From Thermodesulfobacteriota bacterium (GTDB lineage: Bacteria; Desulfobacterota; Binatia; Bin18), in the NCBI GenBank assembly GCA_964291405.2, contig OZ219926.1:1728001-1792000 (forward strand): a DNA stretch of 64,000 nt, written 5' to 3'. Made by a program: the position numbers and the translations under genes. Under the pieces are notes generated by a model. That model searched no databases and was not told the DNA's origin. It was given only the letters and a program-made list of their open reading frames with translations. Positions 20,300 through 29,363 of this stretch are shown here, one piece after another (position 1 is the stretch's first letter; each line of letters begins with the position of its first letter).

Positions 20300-21384
20300 T
20301 ACGCTATCGCGTCACCCACGTTACCGAATACCGCTATACTGCTTCGGTGCCGCAGTGCCAGAACGAGGCTCACCTCCTCCCGCGCGCCACACCGCGACAA
20401 GAGTGTGAGCACACGCAGCTCCGCATTGAGCCTTCGCCGGCAGTGTGCCAAGACCGGGAAGATTTTTTCGGCAATCGAGTCACCTATTTTGCCATTCAGG
20501 AGCCCCATGCCAGCTTATCGGTGACCGCTCGGAGTGAGGTTCTGATCGTCCCAATCGCCCTACCACAGCTCCGGGCTTCTCCTGCCTGGGAAGAGGTTTG
20601 CCACTCCGTTTCCAAGGACACGAGTCGCGCCGGTATCGAGGCACGGCAATTCCTGCTCGACTCTCCCCTGGTCCACGGCAATACTGAGTTGGCCGCGTAT
20701 GCAGCCACGTCTGAGTTGGCCGCGTATGCAGCCACGTCTTTTACGCCCGACCGACCGCTGTTGGAAGCCGTTGCCGACCTCGTGCAGCGCATCTATCAGG
20801 AGTTCACCTACGAACCCGATGCCACAACAGTCTCAACGCCGCTCAATGAAGTGCTCGATCACCGCCAAGGCGTGTGTCAGGATTTTGCGCATGTGGCTAT
20901 CGGCTGTCTGCGCACACAGGGCATTGCGGCGCGCTACGTCAGCGGCTACCTCGAAACCACTGTTTCAGACGGCCAGCCTCAACTTACGGGTGCCGCAGCT
21001 TCTCATGCCTGGGTGTCGGTGTATTGTCCTGGGCAGGGCTGGATAGATTTCGACCCCACCAATAACAGCATCCCCACCGATCAGCATATTACCGTCGCTT
21101 GGGGCCGGGACTACAGCGATGTGACCCCGTTGAAAGGCATCGTTGTCGGCGGCGGCAGCCCGATCCTTGACGTAGCCGTAACCGCGGAGCGGGGAGGCTG
21201 GCTTCCAGCAGGCATCGGAATAACAGGGGCCTATGCTCGGTCCGGCCCGTTGGGCGCGGGCAACAGCCGGCTGGTGTTGTTGTCCGGTAGCGCCAGCTTG
21301 TCAAAGGCGTGCTCGACCCAGTCGGCGGACAGATTATTGATCGAGCGCCGCAGCCCTTCCTGCCAGACGTTGGACAAATCCTGA
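20296..21384 (+). CDS. Transglutaminase-like protein with bacterial N-terminal domain (C-terminal ~60 aa probably read-through)
   Basis: YRVTHVTEYRY, GVCQDFAH, ARYVSGY, SHAW, FDPTN and GRDYSDVTPLKG. Confidence 0.92.
   Translation: MIRYRVTHVTEYRYTASVPQCQNEAHLLPRATPRQECEHTQLRIEPSPAVCQDREDFFGNRVTYFAIQEPHASLSVTARSEVLIVPIALPQLRASPAWEEVCHSVSKDTSRAGIEARQFLLDSPLVHGNTELAAYAATSELAAYAATSFTPDRPLLEAVADLVQRIYQEFTYEPDATTVSTPLNEVLDHRQGVCQDFAHVAIGCLRTQGIAARYVSGYLETTVSDGQPQLTGAAASHAWVSVYCPGQGWIDFDPTNNSIPTDQHITVAWGRDYSDVTPLKGIVVGGGSPILDVAVTAERGGWLPAGIGITGAYARSGPLGAGNSRLVLLSGSASLSKACSTQSADRLLIERRSPSCQTLDKS
20684..20737. repeat. Exact in-frame 27-bp tandem duplication
   Basis: CTGAGTTGGCCGCGTATGCAGCCACGT x2 (ELAAYAATS x2). 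Confidence 0.95.
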
Positions 21385-22045
21385 AGGTCTTCCTTCTGAT
21401 AGCAGTGCTGGACGATCCGATGGCTGTCCCGGGCGTACAGGACAACGTCCAGGGGAAAATCAACGTTCACCGCGCTGATCCGGGTCGAATCAAAGGCCAG
21501 ACAGCCGACCTTGAGGGCAAACCGCATCGGGTCCTGATAGTGCAGTGTACGATCAAGAATCGGCTTCCCATAACCCGCGGCGCCAATAATGTGATACGGC
21601 GTGCCCTGGCCGATTTCGACCCAGTTGCCTTGGGGGTAGACGAGGTAGAGACGGTGCTCGGGGTCATTCTCAAGCTGCCCGCCAATGCGTTGCCGGCAAT
21701 CACCCGCGTATCGGCAATCCCAACCAGCAGGTTAAACTCAAAGCCGCTCTCCTCCAACGCGGCTTTATCTTCCTTTGCAACCCGACGCACCTGAGCGGCA
21801 AAGGCATTGACGGCCTTGAATAAGCGGTCGAGCGGCTGCTCGCTGTGGGCCAGATTTTCTTCAAAATAAATCAGGGCCTTGTCCCGTGCCGAGCGCAGCC
21901 GAGCACTCATGAGGAACATGGCATGCCGGTCTTTCTGGAACACCGACACTTTTCGGGCGGTAATACGTTCGTTGCCGGCAATCACCCGCGTATCGGCAAT
22001 CCCAACCAGCCCGCCTTGTAGATTCATCCCTAAACAAAACGTCAT
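21231..22045 (-). pseudogene. Anbu / proteasome-type Ntn peptidase, frameshifted
   Basis: N-terminus MTFCLG...GIADTR (Thr-1 type). The continuation IGGQLENDPEHRLYLVYPQGNWVE...YGKPILDR...AFDSTR is in another frame after a 41-bp insertion. Confidence 0.85.
21688..22010. repeat. Exact 41-bp direct repeat (21688-21728 and 21970-22010)
   Basis: CGTTGCCGGCAATCACCCGCGTATCGGCAATCCCAACCAGC occurs twice, 282 bp apart. Confidence 0.95.
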
Positions 22046-22072
22046 GCTCTGCCTCCTGTCCCCGAGCGAGGT

Positions 22073-23032
22073 TTACCGCTCCGTCCCCCCAATCGGCCGC
22101 AGGGCAAAGAAGGTCTCAAAAATCCCGTCCCCGATCAGATTCAATTTGGTTTGCAGCGCGTCGAGAAATTCATGCAGCCCCTGGTGAAGAATCTGTTGCA
22201 CGCCGATATAGGCGAGTTCGGCCCGCAACTGGCCCAGATGCTGTTCGGCCGGATTCCGAAACGTCCCGGCAGGCGTTCCGGAAAGCGCGTGTAAGGATTC
22301 CTGGGCCTGAACCAGGCAGTAATGAATCGCACGCGGAAACTCGCGATCAAGCACGAGAAAATCAATGATATTGTCCGGCGAGATGTGGTGATATTGTTTG
22401 CGGAACATTTCGAGCGCGCTGGTCGAACGCAAGACCGCCGCCCACTGGATATTGTCAAAGGGCGTCCCAATATCGGAAACGGCCGGCAGGAGAATAAAGT
22501 ATTTGACATCGAGAATGCGCGAGGTCTTGTCCGCCCGTTCCAAGAGGCGCCCGACCCGACAGAAATGCCAGCCCTCACCGTGCGATAAGGTCGCATTGGT
22601 TGATCCCTCGAACAGGTGACCGGCCAGTTTCACCTGATGAAAAAAATCGTGCGCAGACTCAATCCCCCGGTCCGCGGCGGCGTTGACCATCAGGTAAAAG
22701 GTATTGATCTGTTCCCACATATCGGACGAGATGATCTCACGCACGGAACGCGCGTTTTCCCGCGCCGCGCGTAAGCAGGAAACAATCGAGTTCGGATTCT
22801 CCCGATCAAAGGCCAGGAACTGAATGACCTGCTCCCGGTCGGCCGTGCCGTAGCGCGTCTTGAACTGGGCATCATCTCCGGTGGCGCTGACCAGCGGCGC
22901 CCACTGTTCGGACGACCCAGCCGGGAGATCAAGGATCATCAACAGGTTGACATCAACAAAACGGGCAATATTCTCGGCTCGTTCGATATAGCGACTCATC
23001 CAGTAGATCGAGTCGGCAACGCGGCTCAACAT
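22073..23032 (-). CDS. Alpha-E domain protein (DUF403)
   Basis: MLSRVADSIYWMSRYIERAENIAR, ARENAR and GRLLERADKTSRILDVKY. Confidence 0.94.
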   Translation of the reverse strand: MLSRVADSIYWMSRYIERAENIARFVDVNLLMILDLPAGSSEQWAPLVSATGDDAQFKTRYGTADREQVIQFLAFDRENPNSIVSCLRAARENARSVREIISSDMWEQINTFYLMVNAAADRGIESAHDFFHQVKLAGHLFEGSTNATLSHGEGWHFCRVGRLLERADKTSRILDVKYFILLPAVSDIGTPFDNIQWAAVLRSTSALEMFRKQYHHISPDNIIDFLVLDREFPRAIHYCLVQAQESLHALSGTPAGTFRNPAEQHLGQLRAELAYIGVQQILHQGLHEFLDALQTKLNLIGDGIFETFFALRPIGGTER

Positions 23033-23103
23033 GGTCCTGCGGTTCGCTTTCTCTCCATGACTGCGTCCATCCCTTTTGTGTCAGTTGGTCGGCCTCTCGG
23101 AGT

Positions 23104-24558
23104 CTATGGAGTGGGCGGTGCAACAGCAGGGACCACCCAGGTGTCTTTGCTACCCCCGCCTTGAGAAGAATTGACGACGAGTGAGCCTGCCCGCAAGGCC
23201 ACCCGCGTCAGCCCGCCGGGCAACACATAGATATCCTTGCCGTATAAAATAAACGGACGCAGGTCGAGATGCCGACCGACAAACCGCCCCTCGGCTAAAA
23301 TCGGGGCACGGGACAGGGCCAGCGTGGGCTGGGCAATATAATTGCGCGGGTCTTCCTGGATGAGCCGCGCGAATTGCGTCCGGGCTTCTTCCGAGGCGTG
23401 CGGGCCGACCAGCATGCCGTACCCACCGGACTCATTGGCCGCCTTGACGACCAGACTGTCCAGATGCGCCAAGACATATTGGAGGTCTTTCTCATCCCAG
23501 CACAAATAGGTCGGGACGTTGGGAATGATATTGTCCTCGCCCAAATAGTATTTGATCATTTTGGGAACATAAGCATAGACGACTTTGTCATCGGCCACCC
23601 CGGTTCCAGGCGCATTGACCACGGCGATACGTCCGGCTTTGTACACCTCGAAGAGGCCGGGTACGCCGAGCAGGGAATCGGGGTAAAACACCTGGGGATC
23701 AAGAAAGTCGTCATCAATGCGCCGATACAGAACATCGACCCGCTCCAGCCCCTTGGTCGTCCGCATCTGGACCGTCCCGTCAACAACCACCAGGTCCCGT
23801 CCCTCGACCAGTTCCACACCCATCTGCTGGGCCAGAAAGGAGTGTTCATAGTAGGCCGAGTTATAGATACCGGGGGTCAGCACCGCCACGTTGGGCGACT
23901 GAATATAATCGGGGCAGAGCTGCAAGAGGAGGTCGAGCAGACGGTTCGGATAGTCATCGACCGGAAGAACGTGTGACGCCTCAAAGACCGAGGGAAACGT
24001 CCGCTTCATAATCTCGCGGTTCGCCAGCACGTAGGAGACGCCGGACGGACAGCGCAAATTATCTTCGAGCACGTAGACCTGTCCGTCTCCGTCACGGACC
24101 AGATCAGTCCCGGTGATATGACACCAGACCCCGTTCGGCGGGTTGAGTCCGACGCAGGCCGGGCGAAAGCTGTTGGCCGACTGAATAATCTCGCGCGGAA
24201 TGACCCCGTCCTTGACGATCTTTTGGTCATGATACACATCGTCGAGGAACAGGTTGAGCGCCTGGATGCGTTGCTTGAGGCCACGTTCGATCCATTCCCA
24301 CTCGGACGCCTGCATCATGCGCGGCAGCACGTCAAACGGCCAGACTTTTTCCGCCGCCGCCTTATCGCCATAGACATTAAAGGTGATGCCCATATGGAGC
24401 AGGGCGCGTTCAGCAGCCTGTTGGCGGCGGTTCATCTCTCCGTCCGGCAGCGAGCTGATCAACCGCGCCAGGAGTGCCGCTTCCGGCCGAGGAATCCCGT
24501 CAGGCAGAAACATTTCATCGTAAAATCCACCGGTGTCGTAATTATCGAAACCTGCCAT
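23104..24558 (-). CDS. Circularly permuted type-2 ATP-grasp protein (DUF404-like)
   Basis: [41 protein letters not shown] and [13 protein letters not shown]; start ATG 24558. Confidence 0.94.
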   Translation of the reverse strand: MAGFDNYDTGGFYDEMFLPDGIPRPEAALLARLISSLPDGEMNRRQQAAERALLHMGITFNVYGDKAAAEKVWPFDVLPRMMQASEWEWIERGLKQRIQALNLFLDDVYHDQKIVKDGVIPREIIQSANSFRPACVGLNPPNGVWCHITGTDLVRDGDGQVYVLEDNLRCPSGVSYVLANREIMKRTFPSVFEASHVLPVDDYPNRLLDLLLQLCPDYIQSPNVAVLTPGIYNSAYYEHSFLAQQMGVELVEGRDLVVVDGTVQMRTTKGLERVDVLYRRIDDDFLDPQVFYPDSLLGVPGLFEVYKAGRIAVVNAPGTGVADDKVVYAYVPKMIKYYLGEDNIIPNVPTYLCWDEKDLQYVLAHLDSLVVKAANESGGYGMLVGPHASEEARTQFARLIQEDPRNYIAQPTLALSRAPILAEGRFVGRHLDLRPFILYGKDIYVLPGGLTRVALRAGSLVVNSSQGGGSKDTWVVPAVAPPTP

Positions 24559-24623
24559 GCTCTCGCACCCCGAAAAGTATACGCTCCTCTCCCTCAGTCT
24601 GGAGGAGCCCCACCCAGATAGAG

Positions 24624-24640
24624 AGCACACGCTATGCCAA
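24624..24640 (-). promoter_or_regulatory. sigma54 promoter of the ATP-grasp/alpha-E/Anbu operon
   Basis: Minus strand TTGGCATAGCGTGTGCT, GG-N10-GC. Confidence 0.8.
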
Positions 24641-24742
24641 GCCGCTCGCCGCTGACGAAAAACGATGTGACGCGCCGACAGATACACTGAGCGACGGAAG
24701 CCTTTGAGGAAATTTCCTTTTATAACAAAGGAGTTAGAGACG

Positions 24743-24817
24743 AGGGGGCAGGGATTGGGGGTTGGGGAGGGTAGACCTCCCCAGGCACCAATTCCCAAAT
24801 CCCGACCCTTAACCCTC
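24743..24817. repeat. Degenerate heptamer repeats (G-rich then C-rich) around a hairpin
   Basis: CAGGGAT TGGGGGT TGGGGAG G-GTAGA-CCTCCCCA GGCACCA ATTCCCA AATCCCG ACCCTTA. Confidence 0.5.
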
Positions 24818-24834
24818 TGCTCATTTTTCAGGCA
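24818..24834. promoter_or_regulatory. NtrC-type enhancer-like site between divergent sigma54 promoters
   Basis: TGCTC-ATTTTTC-AGGCA. Confidence 0.55.
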
Positions 24835-25084
24835 GTAGCCAAAAGGGTAGACCTTCCCTTACACCAAACTTCAGCCCATCCTTTCTCCGGCTTCGTAGGG
24901 GTAATCGTCCGGTGTCCGTGCCCGAAAGCGTGTTGTTCAGCCAACATTCTGCTGCTGTAGAAACACTCCTGTACCGTTTTATTTCCTCACGTCTCGTCCC
25001 TCTTCATCCTCCTGTAGCCCGCCAACGCCTGTCCCGGCCTGCCTTTTTTCCTTTTTTCTTGGGTCTTGTTTGATTCCTGTGGGT

Positions 25085-25101
25085 TTGGCCTCGGTCTTGC
25101 T
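25085..25101 (+). promoter_or_regulatory. sigma54 promoter of the nirB-nas operon
   Basis: TTGGCCTCGGTCTTGCT, GG-N10-GC. Confidence 0.8.
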
Positions 25102-25155
25102 CATCTTCATCCCATCAGGCCGTCACTCGTCAGCGGCCGCGAGGAGGACGCATAC

Positions 25156-27684
25156 ATGGCCGGTACGCAAAAAGAGCGGCTTGTGGTGATTGGCAACGGC
25201 ATGGCGGGCGCGCGCGTTGTTGAGGAAATCCTGGCTCGCGACCCTGACCGCTTTGCCATTACCATGTTCGGTGCCGAGCCCTACGGCAACTACAACCGCA
25301 TCCTGCTGTCCAACGTGCTGAACGGCTCGCAGCGTATGGAGGAGACCTTTCTCAATCCCTTAGCCTGGTATGCAGAGCATAACATCCAGCTCCATGCTGG
25401 CGTTAAAGCGACCCTGATCGACCGTGAGCGGCGTGTCGTCACCGGCCGGCCTATGCGAACAGACGCCCCGGCCTATGGGCTCGACGGCTGTGCGCAAGCC
25501 GTGCCGTATATTGAAGAGCCCTACGACAAGGTCATTATCGCCACGGGCTCCCGCCCGTTTGTGCCGCCCATGGAGGGAATGGGGAAGCGGGGTACGTTTC
25601 TCTTTCGGACTATTGATGACTGCGAGCAGATTGCCGCGTATGCCAAGCAGTGTCAGCACGCTGCGGTCATCGGCGGGGGCTTGCTTGGGCTTGAGGCAGC
25701 GCGTGGCCTGCTGACTCACGGGGTCGAGGTCACCGTACTCGAAGCCGCACCGCAGCCCATGAGTGCGCAGCTCGACCCGGAATCCGGCGATCTGCTGAGC
25801 ACGACGTTGCGCCAGATGGACATCAGCGTCCTGCTCGGAAAAATCACCACGCATATTCTCGGTGAAGAACACGTCACCGGGCTGCGGTTCACAGATGGGT
25901 CTGCGCTTGAGACTGACATGGTCGTGGTCAGCGCCGGCATTCGGCCTATTGTCGAAATTGCGACCGACTCCGGCTTGGCAGTTGAGCGCGGAATCGTGTG
26001 TGACGACCAACTGCGGACGAGCGACCCTGGCGTGTTTGCCGTGGGCGAGTGCGTCCAACACCGCGGCGTCATCTATGGGCTAGTTGATCCGATCTGGGAT
26101 CAGGCCCGGACCTTGGCCGATGTCATCACCGAGACGAATCCGGCGTCTCGGTATGAAGGCTCCAAGCTGGCGACCAAACTCAAAGTCATGGGCGTCGAAC
26201 TCGCCTCCATGGGCGAGACCAAAGAAGCCGAGCCCGACGATGAAGTCGTGATCTACCGGGAGCCCTCGCGCGGAGTGTATAAAAAACTGATTATTCGCGA
26301 CAACCGACTGCACGGTGCGATTCTCCTCGGCGAAGCCGACACCGCCAGCACGCTGATGCAGATGTTCAGCCTGGACACCGCACTGCCGGAACGCCGGGCC
26401 GATCTCCTCTTTGGTCCGGCGAATGGCGCCTCGCTGCTGGCTGCGGCCGATTTGCCGGACGAGGCCCAGATTTGCAACTGTAATGGCGTATCCAAAGGCT
26501 GTATCCGCGCCGCGATTGAAACCGAGGGCTGTACGTCCGTCATGCAGGTCGGGGCCAAGACCAAAGCCGGGGCGGGCTGCGGAAGCTGTCAATCCTTGGT
26601 CGCCCAGCTTCTGGAGGCGTATGCGGGCGAGATCCTCGAGGATCCGAGCGAACATTATTATGTCCCCGGTGTCCCGCTACCGAAACCGGAACTCATCGCC
26701 GCCATCAGAAAAAAACAACTGAAAAGCGTCAGCGCGGTCTTTCGAGAACTGGCGGATGGCAAAGAAGACCCAGGCAGCAAGATCGGTCTGGCTTCTCTGC
26801 TCAAGTCCCTCTGGCCGAACGAATACGAGGACGAACGCGACGCACGGTTTATCAATGACCGCGTCCACGCCAATATTCAGCACGACGGCACCTTCAGCGT
26901 GGTTCCCCGTATTTATGGGGGCGTCACCTCCCCGGCCGAACTGAAGCGCATTGCCGAGGTCGCGGAACAGTACAACGCCCGCATGGTCAAAATTACGGGC
27001 GGTCAACGCATCGACTTGTTAGGCATCACAAAAGAAAACCTGCCCAAGGTGTGGCAGGCGCTCGGCATTCCCAGCGGCCATGCCTATACCAAAGCGTTTC
27101 GGACCTGTAAGAGCTGCGTGGGCACAGACTTCTGCCGCTATGGCTTGGGCGACTCGATTGCCCTAGCGCAAAAGATTGAGCGACGCTACCAGGGCGTTGA
27201 ATCCCCCCATAAAATGAAGCTGGCAACCGCCGGTTGTCCGCGCAACTGCTCCGAGGCCTACGTCAAAGATCTGGGCGCGGTGGCCATCGGGGACGGCAAG
27301 TGGGAAATCTATATCGGCGGGGCGGCCGGCGGGACGGTCCGCAAGGGCGATCTGCTGTGTACAGTCGAAGGACATAAGCAGGTCCTCATCTATATGGGCC
27401 GCTTCATCCAGTATTACCGAGAAAATGCCAAATACCTGGAACGTACCTATGGGTTCGCCGAACGCGTTGGTATTGAGCATCTGCGCGCGGTCTTAATCGA
27501 CGATACGGAAGGGATCTGCGAGCGCTTGGACGCAGAGATCGACAAGGCAGTTGCAGCCTATCGGGACCCCTGGTCGACGGAGGCCGTCCAGCCCAGGAAC
27601 GTCAGCCAGTTTGCCGGTCCTCTACCGGTTGAGACCTCGTCTGGGACCTGGAGAGAGACGCCGCGAGAGGAAACCGTCCAATGA
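25156..27684 (+). CDS. nirB: NAD(P)H-dependent nitrite reductase large subunit
   Basis: VVIGNGMAG, YNRILLS, GGGLLGLEAA, CNCNGVSK..CGSC, NDRVHANIQ.DGTFSVVPR, CVGTDFC and GCPRNC; GAGGAGG RBS. Confidence 0.96.
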   Translation: MAGTQKERLVVIGNGMAGARVVEEILARDPDRFAITMFGAEPYGNYNRILLSNVLNGSQRMEETFLNPLAWYAEHNIQLHAGVKATLIDRERRVVTGRPMRTDAPAYGLDGCAQAVPYIEEPYDKVIIATGSRPFVPPMEGMGKRGTFLFRTIDDCEQIAAYAKQCQHAAVIGGGLLGLEAARGLLTHGVEVTVLEAAPQPMSAQLDPESGDLLSTTLRQMDISVLLGKITTHILGEEHVTGLRFTDGSALETDMVVVSAGIRPIVEIATDSGLAVERGIVCDDQLRTSDPGVFAVGECVQHRGVIYGLVDPIWDQARTLADVITETNPASRYEGSKLATKLKVMGVELASMGETKEAEPDDEVVIYREPSRGVYKKLIIRDNRLHGAILLGEADTASTLMQMFSLDTALPERRADLLFGPANGASLLAAADLPDEAQICNCNGVSKGCIRAAIETEGCTSVMQVGAKTKAGAGCGSCQSLVAQLLEAYAGEILEDPSEHYYVPGVPLPKPELIAAIRKKQLKSVSAVFRELADGKEDPGSKIGLASLLKSLWPNEYEDERDARFINDRVHANIQHDGTFSVVPRIYGGVTSPAELKRIAEVAEQYNARMVKITGGQRIDLLGITKENLPKVWQALGIPSGHAYTKAFRTCKSCVGTDFCRYGLGDSIALAQKIERRYQGVESPHKMKLATAGCPRNCSEAYVKDLGAVAIGDGKWEIYIGGAAGGTVRKGDLLCTVEGHKQVLIYMGRFIQYYRENAKYLERTYGFAERVGIEHLRAVLIDDTEGICERLDAEIDKAVAAYRDPWSTEAVQPRNVSQFAGPLPVETSSGTWRETPREETVQ

Positions 27685-28109
27685 GCTACAGTCCCGTCAC
27701 GGAAACACCACCGAAACCCAGTCATCCTCGAAACAACTGGTCCCCAACCGACCCAATAGACTCAACTGACCCCATGGACTCCATAGACCCAACCGACTCG
27801 ATGGACCAAATCGACCTCGGCCCGGTTGACTTTATTCCGCTCGGTGAGGGGCGCGCCTATACCTTTGGCGGGAAAACAATAGCTGTGTTCCGTCAGCGGG
27901 ACGGACGTCTTTTCGCCACTGATAATGCATGTCCGCACAAGGCCGGCCCACTGGCCGACGGGCTGGTCGGTTCCGGGAAAGTGATCTGTCCGCTGCATAT
28001 GTGGAAGATCGACCTGGAGACGGGTCGGTGCCTGGGCGAGGATGGTGCTGTCCGGACCTATCCGGTACGCACGGCAAACGGACGGATTCGCATTACGCTG
28101 ACCCCATAG
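27681..28109 (+). CDS. nirD: Nitrite reductase small subunit / Rieske ferredoxin
   Basis: NACPHKAGPLADG..VICPLH; overlaps the nirB stop. N-terminus is repetitive and the true start may be 27801. Confidence 0.88.
   Translation: MSYSPVTETPPKPSHPRNNWSPTDPIDSTDPMDSIDPTDSMDQIDLGPVDFIPLGEGRAYTFGGKTIAVFRQRDGRLFATDNACPHKAGPLADGLVGSGKVICPLHMWKIDLETGRCLGEDGAVRTYPVRTANGRIRITLTP
27747..27818. repeat. Eight degenerate 9-bp tandem units (AYNGACYMN-like)
   Basis: ACCGACCCA ATAGACTCA ACTGACCCC ATGGACTCC ATAGACCCA ACCGACTCG ATGGACCAA ATCGACCTC. Confidence 0.85.
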
Positions 28110-28120
28110 AACGGACCCCG

Positions 28121-29353
28121 ATGCAACACACAGCCCCCTACCCCCTATCCCCGAGCCCTCATTCCCCCCTCCAAAGGCACGCTTCCGGCCCGAGGGCGCG
28201 GACGGCACTGACCGTGGGAGTTCGGGAGCGACTCACTCGGCGACTTTTTTCTCGGCCAACTCGGAAACGCCCGACGATAGACCCCACAGCAAGTATTATT
28301 GCCACCCTGACCGGGGCCGGGGTTGCCGGTCTGATTATCCTTGGCTCAGACACCCTACGCCATTTCGATTGGGTGCTGCTGCCCTATACCATGGCGTCGA
28401 TTTTTTGTGCCGCCGCAGTGGCCTATCGCTACACCGTCTGGCTGCAACGCCCACCAACCAAACGCTATTGGTATCAAGGCTGGCGGCTCTTTTGGCAGGG
28501 CGGGGTGCTGCGCAACTCGGTCATGTTGGGCCAGCAGCTCTTTGACAATTTTGCGACCCAGCGCTTCATCGCCAACCGGAGTCGGGTGCGCTGGCTCATG
28601 CACGTCTGTCTCTCCTGGGGCGGGACGCTGGCCTTTGCGATTACGTTTCCGCTCGTCTTCGGCTGGCTGCATTTTGAGACACCGGCGGACGATCTCCACA
28701 CCTATCAGGTCATTTTTTTGGGAGTGAAAGTCCAGGAGTTTTCGGTGGACTCCATAGCCGCTTTTCTGTCTTTTAACGCACTGAATATCTCTGCCGTGCT
28801 GGTGTTGATCGGGGTAGGTCTGGCCATCCAACGTCGGCTGACTGAACCGGGGACCATCTCACTCCAGCAGTTCGGCAATGACGTGCTACCTATTCTGCTG
28901 CTGTTCCTGGTTGCGGTCACCGGGCTGGGTCTGACGGTCAGCGCACGCTGGCTTAATGGACACGGTTTCACGTTTATTGCGATTACCCACGCCGCATCGG
29001 TCATTGCCATGCTGCTGTACCTGCCCTTTGGGAAATTTTTCCACATCTTCCAGCGTCCGGCCCAGCTCGGGGTGGCGTTCTATAAACGCGCCGCCCAGGT
29101 CGACCGACAGGCCCTCTGTCATGTGTGCCAAGAGCCGTACGCCTCTCAGATGCAGATTGATGACCTGAAAGACGTGCTGAGCGAGCTGGATTTCCAGTAT
29201 CAATTTGACCCCTCGCTCCACTATCAAGACGTCTGTCCCCCCTGTCGGCGCCGTCTGCTGGCCCGGAATCAGGGCCTGACGAGGCCGTACTCGGATGACC
29301 CGTTTGCCGACACGGAAGAACCGACACCCCCAGGTGCATCGAGCGTTGCCTAG
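28121..29353 (+). CDS. Polytopic membrane protein, NarI/DsrM-like (putative cytochrome b) with C-terminal CxxC..CxxC
   Basis: Several TM helices; [10 protein letters not shown] and [19 protein letters not shown] (PF.K..H motif of NarI-type anchors); CHVC..CPPC. Start uncertain. Confidence 0.65.
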   Translation: MQHTAPYPLSPSPHSPLQRHASGPRARTALTVGVRERLTRRLFSRPTRKRPTIDPTASIIATLTGAGVAGLIILGSDTLRHFDWVLLPYTMASIFCAAAVAYRYTVWLQRPPTKRYWYQGWRLFWQGGVLRNSVMLGQQLFDNFATQRFIANRSRVRWLMHVCLSWGGTLAFAITFPLVFGWLHFETPADDLHTYQVIFLGVKVQEFSVDSIAAFLSFNALNISAVLVLIGVGLAIQRRLTEPGTISLQQFGNDVLPILLLFLVAVTGLGLTVSARWLNGHGFTFIAITHAASVIAMLLYLPFGKFFHIFQRPAQLGVAFYKRAAQVDRQALCHVCQEPYASQMQIDDLKDVLSELDFQYQFDPSLHYQDVCPPCRRRLLARNQGLTRPYSDDPFADTEEPTPPGASSVA

Positions 29354-29363
29354 AAAGGGTTTT

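Noticed and set aside
21688-22010. CRISPR array or DGR template/variable repeat
   Set aside because: Only two identical copies with no adenine-specific differences, and no cas or reverse transcriptase gene in the window.
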